Shown: piece after piece, positions 54,926 to 64,000 of the stretch
How positions within the stretch are numbered: position 1 is the stretch's first letter
How the letters are laid out: every line of letters starts with the position of its first letter
Origin: the human T2T-CHM13v2.0 reference genome, Homo sapiens
Length of the DNA: 64,000 nucleotides
Strand: one strand, 5' to 3'
NCBI RefSeq assembly: GCF_009914755.1
Contig: NC_060935.1
Notes under the pieces: generated by a model
What the model saw: only the letters and a program-made list of their open reading frames with translations
Databases searched by the model: none
Told to the model about the DNA's origin: nothing
Program-made: the position numbers and the translations under genes

Positions 54926-55222
54926 TATTTTATTGTCTCCCATTATACATGATACATACTGGAAAGATGTGTGATTCTTTATGGACAAAAGGCAAGGCTG
55001 TTTACATGGTAACCATGTCAATTTCTTAGAGTTGGAATTAGGAAGGGCAACAAATTACAGCTACCTACATGGTGTACCAAAATTCATTTGGAAAATACAG
55101 GGAACAGAAGTAGGCAGCATTGAACAGAGGATAAGATTTAAGTCTGGGCTGTACTCTGGACTCTAGACCTGGCCCCACTGTTAGTATTCTTAGTCCTTTC
55201 ACCTCTTTGTGACACTATTTCT

Positions 55223-55340
55223 TTTTTTTAATATTTAAATTGTTATTTTTAGTTCTGGGGTACAAGTGCAGGATGTGCAGGCTTGTTACATAGGTAAACG
55301 TGTGCCAGGGTGGTTTGCTGCACCTATTGACTCATGTCTA
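55223..55340 (-). mobile_element. Very short 5'-truncated L1PA 3' end
   Basis: 'gttctggggtacaagtgcaggatgtgcaggcttgttacataggtaaacgtgtgcc'; degenerate TSD tgacactatttct / tgccactattcct. Confidence 0.8.
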
Positions 55341-56554
55341 TGCCACTATTCCTAAGCCTGAGAAATAAGTTGTGCAGACATTATACCTCAGTGTCCCTTA
55401 GTACTACTTTTCTAAGAATGGGTGACCATAAGTATGACCCAGTATAACATTTTTTATTAGTATTCTTATAATAATAATAATTATTATTATATTATTATTA
55501 TTCTGATAGAATACAAGAGGGCAGGAAATGTGTCTGTTGTCTTTACTGCTTCTAAACTTATGCCCAGAGCAGAACTCAATTCTTAGTGCATGCATGAATG
55601 AGTGAACTTGACTTCCTTTAAAATAGCAACTATGCGGTATTATTCATGTGTATCCCTCAGCTCCTAGCTCAGTGTCTTGTTTATACTAAGTGTTCATTCG
55701 TTTTCTGAATCCTGAATTTGACCAAGAAAGTCAAATTTAAATTTTATTGTCAGTTTGTTTTATCAGCTCACATATTTTCTGGTTCACTGGCCCTTTCATT
55801 TGCATGGACAATTCAGAACTGACTTGTAAGAACATTTTAACAGCTCAACTGTAGAAGTTTATACATCATAAAATGTATACAGTCCTCATTCTGTATTTTC
55901 CACTGAGGTTGCCTCATTCCTTATCTAGTCACTAGCAGAGGTTCTCAACCTGGTTGCTCTTTAGAGTCTCTGGCACCAACCCAGATAGAGTAAATAAAAT
56001 TGGCTAAGGACATGGTTATATTTTAAAAGATCTTCAGGCTATAAAAATGCTCAGTCCAGATTAAGAACAACTGTGGATATGTTACAGAAATGACATTGCT
56101 TTCATATTCTTTTTCTTCTCTTTGACTAGAGCCAGGGCTATCTAATCCTTGTGTTCACATTGAACTGATTCTCCAGGAAGTTCAGGCCTCGGCTTCATTA
56201 GCAAATAACAAAGGGCACCCTTGATGTGTATTTGTAGCTTCAAACCAGTTATTCCAAGATCCAGCTGTTTGTTCTAAGCATTTGCTCAGACTCATTTCAT
56301 CAGTTAAGAGCTATGATCATATGGCTGCAGCGCTGAGACCAGGACAGCATGGAGGAGAAAGTTAAGGCAGGAAGTTTCCAGGTTGTATTTTTTCCACAGA
56401 ATGACAATCTCCAGAAATCTGTCAACATTTTGCTCTGAACTATTTGGAGGACAGAAAACAAAGGACCATTAGATGATAATAAAAGAATATTGAGAACGGG
56501 TAAAAGAAACACTTCGCTTTGCATTCTCCTTGGTTTCAGAAATACTGGGCTAGA

Positions 56555-56695
56555 GCCCGGGGCAGTGGCTCGTCCCTCTAATGCTAGCAATTTGGGAGGC
56601 TGAGGCAGGAGAATCCCTTGAGTCTAGGAATTTGAGACCAGCCTGGGCAACATAGTGGGATCCTGTCTCTGTATTCTTTTTTTTAAAAAAAAAGA
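56555..56695 (+). mobile_element. Alu monomer (FLAM-like)
   Basis: Single Alu arm plus A tail; flanking repeat aaatactgggct on both sides. Confidence 0.8.
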
Positions 56696-59487
56696 TCTTC
56701 ATAAATACTGGGCTGGGATGGGCAAGTGAGCCCAATGGGTTGGGCAGATTCCTCAACGATCTCAGGGAAACTTTTCAACTGAGAACAGCATAAGTACTTA
56801 TTCAGATGTCAGGGTGATCAAATCAGCCATTCTGGAATGTGAACTGATTACTTGTGCCTTCTGTAAATGACCCACCATGCACAACCTTAGTTCTAACAGT
56901 TGGTGTGAGCTGAGGAAGTAAAGCAGCTGGAAGTAATTTGTTCTCCTTCTTCCTTTCACCCAGTTTAGCAAGTGTGAAAATCCAATTTCCTGAATGCTTT
57001 AAGGAAGATCTTACCATTCTTTCTTTAGAACCATCTCCCCATCTTATCTACAAGGTTGAAGAGGCAGAAGAGGTGGCTGGCAGGTGGCTTTCCCAGTGTG
57101 AAGCCCTGCAGGGGAAGGTTGGAGAGGGGATGATTCCTCTGGGGGCAATGCCCAACATCTCCCTCTGTCACTGCTTGGGATTTTAAAATCCCAGATGGCG
57201 GGTATCCATTTTAAGAGCATCTTCCTTCTGCGCCCCAAACCTCCTTCTTAGACATACACACAGAAGAAACTATTTGACATGACTTTCTGAAAATCTCTGT
57301 AAAGGGAAGGGCCATTGACCTGCTACTGATGGTTTTCCTAAAGTTGTCAGAGAACTCCAGCCCCCTTTTTATTTTACTAAAAGCCAGGCAGTCTCTGAAA
57401 TCCCCAGGCCCTTGCTTTCTTCCCTCCCTCCTTTTTCCTTCCCTCCCTCCCCCTCCTTCAACCCAACTTCTCCTCCAGGTTTCCAGAGCTCTTGCTCAGC
57501 CTTCTGAGAAAATCTGAGAGAAGGAAAGGCTTCATCAGTCCTGTGATTATAAGTTACACTGTAACTTCTCCTAGCAGGGGCCTTATCTAATGGTGGGATA
57601 GGAGACATGAAGGACATAAATGTGCCCAGATAAGAACTGCAAGGCTAGAGATTCTCCCTGGGGCCTCTGAAGTCCTAATCTTGACTCTTCCTTTGTGTGA
57701 AACTGTTCGGTTGCTCTGTTGTACCACTCCCTATGGCCCCTCTCCCTGCAAGGAAGCAGTTACTTGGCTAAACAACCTGATAGAAATTTCTGTATTGAGT
57801 AAGATTAGAGTCTAGGTAAATATGTATTCTGAGAATAGAATAGTGGAATCTCTTGTTTATTTTGCTTTGTCTTCCTGTCTGTTTATGTTCAAATATCAGT
57901 TCTTGTGTGCAAGTCTGGCCAGCTGCCTCATTTCTAACTTCTTAAAGCTTGCTTACAGTGTTCATGCCACAATCACTGCCATAGTGGTGAAGCCTGAGGA
58001 ATGGTAGACATTTAAAAAAACCGACAACTGCTTGAGAGTTATGACATTTTCTAAACTTTGTATTTTTCGAATCTACTGCCAAACATTATGAGATAGTAGC
58101 CTGCCTTCCTTCTCCTCTCCTTTCCTCCCTCTTTCCCCACCTCATCTCATCCTTCCTTCTTTCTGTAAATTATGTTGTTTAATATGTAAAGAACTTTGAT
58201 AAATGCTGGGCTGGGAGGGGGAAACACATCCAGTCTTAGATTCCATGATGTTTTATAGGTCTTGACTATCTTAAGCTATCTTTTTTGCAAATAAATAAAA
58301 ATGTTTTGGTTTATTTCACAAAATTTGTGTATGTGTTTTTTTATAGGTATGCAATATATAAATATATCTCTGTGTAAATATCTGAGTATACGTATGTATG
58401 TTCATATATGTGCTATATGTATATATGTGTATGTATGCATATGTCTGCATACAGCTCTCCTATTAAAAATAATTTACTCTCATTATAGAAACTTGGGAAC
58501 AATAGACAAAGAAAAAATAATCACCTCTGGCTCCACTACACACAGCTAAAATACTGATATATTTCCTTCTAGCATTCAATTTTGCAAAGTCTCTCTTTTC
58601 ACTTAGCATATTTTAAGCAAAACACTTTATTTCTCAGCCCTCTTCAGTCAGATGTCAAGTCTTACACTGAAGGTTTGAGAATGGTATTAGAATCTTCTTC
58701 TGCAAGCCAGGCTGGGACAGAGACCTCCCAGGACATGAATCTCTCTATAGGCAACTCCCATTGAGAAGAGCTGATCTTCCCCTTTTAATAAGGTGGCCTG
58801 TAAATATTAAATGGGAAGGGCTTGCACTTTTATCTCTCAAGCATTTTTTAATGTAGAAAGTGTGTAAAGGCACATCATTAAGATCTCAGGGGAGACATTT
58901 TAGAGCATTTTCATGCCCACCAGGCTAAAACTAAAGCTTTGAAGTCACCCCTCTCCGTGGGATGTGACTAATCTCTCTCATGCAGATGTGCTGGGCCAAG
59001 CCTGCACCGGAGGAATTACTATATGCTGGTGTGACTGATACTAAATAGCATTGACCACTTTTTTAAGATTTGACAGGATATGGAGAGTGTATTAATAATT
59101 TCCCTTTAATAAGGAATCATCTCTCTCCTTATGAGTTGGTACTTGTTCCTCTTCTCCCCCCGTGCCCCCAGTTTTGGCTCAAGAGCATTTCCTTAAAAAC
59201 CTTGAATGGGATCAGGTCGCAATAGGGAGGAAATGCAGAGCCAGAGAAGTCTGCAGTGAATTTCCAGAACACTGTGCCTGCTCTGCCACCTCGCACAAAT
59301 GGGATTGGCTGTTACCTCCCTACAACTTTTAAAAAGCTCTTCTTCCCTCTCAATCTTTTGTCAGTAGTGACGATAGAGCTAAATATTACGCACCAGCTTC
59401 CTGGGTCCCTCGGTTTTCCGGCTATTCTCAGAGCCTTCCTTCTTTGTTTTCCCGAACCCCTGTTCTCTAACACTGTTGCTTGCCATC

Positions 59488-60091
59488 TAAGGCCAGCTTC
59501 ATGTGTATGCGGCCAGCACAGTCACACAGGGCCCTGCTCAAAAAGGCCTCACACTCAGATTTAATGCTCTGAGAACTCAGGGTTTCATGGAGGGCATGCT
59601 GGGGCTGAGAGCTTCAGCTGAGAGCTCCCACCTCCAGCTGCCTCCTGGCATCCTGGGCTGGGTGGCTGGGTTCTCTGTTTTCTGTTACCTTTTATTTGGT
59701 TCCAGTAACTGCTCACCTTGGCTCTCACTCCCTGCCCTAGCTTGATGGCCTTTGCCATCCTCTGCTGTCCAAGCTAGGTGTAGGCGAAGCCCTCCGTCAG
59801 CCTTCCCTCTTCCACTAGCAGGGCCTTGGAGCAGGTTTGGCAGGATCGGGTTTGTACTTAACACCCTGTAGCCTTTTTGGGTAAAGCAAGGTGGTGGCCA
59901 TCCTTGCCCTGGCCCTGGCAGTGCCATGGTGCATTTGATAACTTGTTGGGGAGCAGGAGTGGGGGAAGTGTCTCTCATTTACCCTGGACCCAGGGCAAAG
60001 TGACATTCCCTTGGTGGTTGCCCTCTGTCATGGGAAGGGGAGATTGCATTTTCGGTTTGCTCTGGCTCTGCACATTATGTAGCTGGCCCTG
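59488..60091 (+). mobile_element. MER53-like hAT element ends enclosing ~470 bp of other sequence
   Basis: Imperfect 15-bp TIR taaggccagcttcat / atgtagctggccctg; both terminal regions resemble MER53. Confidence 0.55.
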
Positions 60092-61509
60092 ACTACCTGG
60101 CATTCACTCCCCTCTCCTTCCTTAAAAGAATCATGATTTCCAGGGTCCATGCAACCATGTTCACAGCAGAAGTTGACCTTGGCCATGGCTGCCAGATTGG
60201 GCCTGACTTATCCAAGAAACCAATGTGTTACTCCATTTCTTAGCCATGAGTATGAATTCAAGAATAGAAATGTGATGTAATTCCAGTCACAGGGATTTGA
60301 GAGAATGTCTTTTGAAAAGTTTTAGAGAATTTTTTTTTTTTTTTTTTTTACTTCAGAAAAGAAAAGACCACTCTTTCCCTTTAGCATGGATACTTTGGGG
60401 TTCAAATGTCATGGCTGGGCCTGATGCAGACGTAACAGGAGCCAGCAGACAAAGCCATGCCTGGGGAAGGCAGAGACAAGAGAGGCAAACAGCCTGGCTT
60501 TGTGAGCTGCCAGCCTCATGCAGAATCACTGCATTTACCCCATCTCTGGACTAGGGACTGTCCTTTAACACCTGCTGATTTGGACCCATTTGATTTGCAG
60601 CAAAATTTACCCTAACTTACAACACCCATTCTTCCTCTTTACTTTCCACTTCTAGTTTCAGTCAGCACCATTTTTCCTGTTGTAAGCTCAGTCCTCAAGT
60701 AAGTTTATACAAAGCTGCAAAAGACATACAATGCACATGTTTGTTTTCCTTTTTTAATTTTGAAATAGTCGGCAGTCTTATGATAGAAGCCTCAGAAAAC
60801 ACACCTGGAAGAGATGAAAATACATGCTCTTAAAGCAAATATGTCAGTCACTTTTCTTAGATTTCATCTTGTTTCTATATACCAATGCAAATGTAAAAAG
60901 TGTTTGATGTTTCTTTTTCTTATTTCTTTCTTTATGTTAAGAGATAGGGTGTCCCTCCATTGCCTTTTTGATGTTTCTGACATGACACCTCTGCCTCTAT
61001 CACCTAAAAAGATACCCTGAGAAGAAAAACACAATAACTTGTATGTCTATGTTCTCTCTTGTTGGAGGCTGTGTATAAGGGGAGGGAGTTGATTGAGAGT
61101 GAGCAGGTCGTGCATACATACATGGTCAGCTGTAGTTACTTCTCCCTGTTTTAAGGGAGACTCTCCCATGTCTTCTTCTCCCAACAAAGTAATGTAATTG
61201 AAGGCAGAAACAATGTCTCACTCATCTTTGAAACTCTTTGCTCAAGAGAGCTGAGTACATAGAAAGTGCTCAGTAAAAATGTGTTGGCTAAATGGATATA
61301 TGAATGGATAAATAAATAAATGAAACAATAAATGAATGAACACCTATTACTCCTACCATTCTTATGATTTAACATTTTATTTTATAAGGCCTTTTTTTCC
61401 CCTCTCACTTGTGTAGCTAAGTTGTAAGTCTCTAGCAAATTGTGAGTTCTTCAGGGGTTGGGAGGATTTATTAGCATCCCTATGTATAGGATTCAGTGTG
61501 TTACCATCC

Positions 61510-62340
61510 CTTTTTTACTTAACAGATACTTATTGAGTGCCCAATTTATGCCAGGTACTACTCTAGATTCTGAAGATAAAATGACGAACTAAATAGATAA
61601 GGTCCCTGTTTTGAAGAAAATTAGAATCTAGTGTGGGCTAACAGAAAATAGAATTTCAAAAAATAAATTAATTAAGAGGATAATTCCAGATCACTTGGGT
61701 TCTAGTTCCTAACTGATATAATGGCAAAATTAGGAATATGAACAAGGCAAGTGTCTGGCTGACGGGGAGAGGAGGAATAAAACTGTGGAAGTGAGTAAGC
61801 AAGGAACTGAAAGACAAGGAAGGAGGGATAACCCATGTAGATGTTGAAGTCACCAACAATGATGACAAGAATAAAGGTGGGGATGAAGATATTATGCCAA
61901 GACATAAAAACTTCCATGAAGGGAAGAAATGATGGGCAGTTGGTGATGACAAACACGATGTGGGGTGGGGAGTGGCATAGCCTGATGGCACAAACTCCAG
62001 AGGAGATAGAACAATGGATGGAAAACTGTGAAAGAATTGTTTGGAAGTGGAAATGAGGAGCAAGACAAGGACCCACTCTAATCATCAGGTCCAGTGGTTT
62101 GTGTCATTTGAGGGGTAGTAAAACTTTCATTTAGGACAACAGAGGAAAAGAACATTTAAGGAAAGATTGAGGATATTACAAAAGTTTGCCAATGGAAAAC
62201 TGCAAGTTGAAGTTCCATAAGGTGCATTGGAAGGGAGTATTGAACAGTGGACAGCCGGGTCCGTTTCATCGATGTTCAGTGTGGAGATGGATGTCCTGGT
62301 GACAGTGATGATGCAGAGGACCTGGTTTCAATGATGACCC
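61510..62340 (-). mobile_element. L2 remnants including the endonuclease region
   Basis: ORF 61702..62085 contains 'VIIVGDFNIYM' (APE endonuclease GDFN motif) in L2-like composition; L2 3'-terminus-like sequence at 61510-61650. Confidence 0.6.
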
Positions 62341-62489
62341 AAGAAAATCGTGATTCCATACAAGGTGGCTTAATTCTAAGCCTAGGTTCTGGCTGGCTAT
62401 CAATTTAAGTTGGAAAATTTGGGGAGGCTGAACAACTGACTCAAAATTGTTATTCATAACTATAATTCTACATTGAATCCAAATTTATC

Positions 62490-62670
62490 TCTGCTTCGTG
62501 GAGAAGCAGAATGGTACAGCAGAGAGATTGCTAATGTGGGAGGATTCCGAAACGTGGATTCCAGTTCCAGTTTTACTAACTAGCTTCATACACTTAGTTA
62601 CATCACTTACCTTCCTCACCTGTAAAATGAGCAAGCTGGACAAAATGACCCTGGATTCTATCTCTGAGAG
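62490..62670 (+). mobile_element. MIR
   Basis: 'ttcctcacctgtaaaatgag' core with upstream 'ggattccagttccagttttactaactagct'. Confidence 0.6.
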
Positions 62671-63732
62671 GTATCAGGCTGGAAAATTGGTTGGTGTGGG
62701 TTTTAAAGTTGATGGTTCTCCTTGAACTCATTTAGTTTTATTTTTTCTGAAAAGCACACATTCATTATGAGCTATGGTTCAACAGTTAAAGCAGGATTTT
62801 TATCCCAAGTCTATGGATACTAGTTGCATGACCTAACTCTAAATTTTCTCTAAACCCTAATTTTCTCATTTGGAAAGTATGATAATAGTAACAATATAAA
62901 TTAGTTATTATGAAATTAAATGGCAGAGTGCCTGGTAAATAGTAAACATTAACACATTTTAGCTGTTTATTAAAATGTGAGAAAAGTTTCTTGACTGCTT
63001 TCATTTAAGTATTGAAAATATATGATAATTATCCAATGCTTCAATATTTTAAGACATTAAATCTTCAGTATGTTGATGATTAAGTATATGGCCTCTGGTA
63101 TTTATATTTTCAGGTGAAGAGCAGAATTGCATCTAAATCAGGGTGAAAAGTCCTTTCCAGCAATATGTGAATCCAATGACTAAAACTAAGTTATTTTTTT
63201 CTGTTTTTTTTCCTTTGTTAATTGTGTTAATTACAAATGCGAAGATAATCAATTGTTCCCCAAACTAGTTGTTTTCCTATATTTCAGAAATAAACCTCAA
63301 CATGAATTTTCATGTTAAATTATCCATATCCCACAGTACAGTACAATTTTACAACTGTGTCAGTGGTAGTGGAACAAAATGGGTTTGTCCAATATTGCCT
63401 TTTGTTTTGACCTTGACAAAGAACAATATCTATTATAGAAATAAACTATGTAGGATGACTGGAAAGATATAACACATTTGGATCAATATATGAAGCTACA
63501 CTATTCATCATTTTCCACATAGGTGAAATGGGGGACTCTAATATTATTCCTCCCTCCCACTATTTACCCATCGATTCATACATACCACTGAGACATTGGG
63601 GATGGTGGTGGTGAATGTTATCAAGGTTGAGAAGTCTTGAGAGAAAAAACAAAATCAGAAACAAAGAATGACTACCCTGGCCCACACATCCTTGAGAAAA
63701 TAATAAAGATCAAGCCATATTTATGTTCTCAC

Positions 63733-63882
63733 TATATATATATATGGAGAGGGCGTGGTTTTGTGTTTGTGTGTGTATATATATGTATATACACACACAC
63801 TTATACATAAACATACTATATATATGCACACATACACTTTCATACATAAACATATATATACGCACACATATATGTACACGCA
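63733..63882. repeat. (TA)n/(TG)n/(CA)n low-complexity microsatellite cluster
   Basis: Alternating purine-pyrimidine dinucleotide runs. Confidence 0.85.
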
Positions 63883-64000
63883 TACTTTTTTCCTTTTCTC
63901 ACTAGTATTTTAGTGTTTTGAGGAACAAGTAGAAAGGCGTCTTTAGAAATAACTTGGTTCAGTGTTAGTTATGAAGTTAGGAGAACCATGCCCATCACCT

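Overview
This is great-ape (probably human) genomic DNA, almost all of it transposable elements and non-coding sequence. I recognise no cellular protein-coding exon, RNA gene, CRISPR array or prokaryote-type system. Main contents: (i) 1-15.4 kb, a nested stack of L1s. An old L1M hosts an L1PA 3' fragment, an Alu and an L1PB with a twin-priming 5' inversion. That L1PB hosts a TSD-flanked polyadenylated retrocopy of non-L1 sequence and a tail-less internal L1PA fragment. (ii) A ~6.0-kb deleted HERV-H provirus (minus strand, two LTR7-type LTRs, perfect tRNA-His PBS) at 19881-25859. (iii) A full-length, coding-dead L1PA2-like element (minus strand, 27610-33682) whose poly(A) signal reads CATAAA. 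It carries a 33-nt 3' transduction with its own AATAAA and keeps an intact 71-aa antisense ORF0. (iv) 34-64 kb, ordinary ancient repeats (L2, MIR, MaLR/ERV LTRs, hAT and mariner MITEs, Alus) and unique sequence. The most interesting signals are retrotransposition footprints, not a new biological system. Subfamily names come from recalled diagnostic positions and need RepeatMasker/Dfam confirmation. Boundaries of old repeats are approximate.
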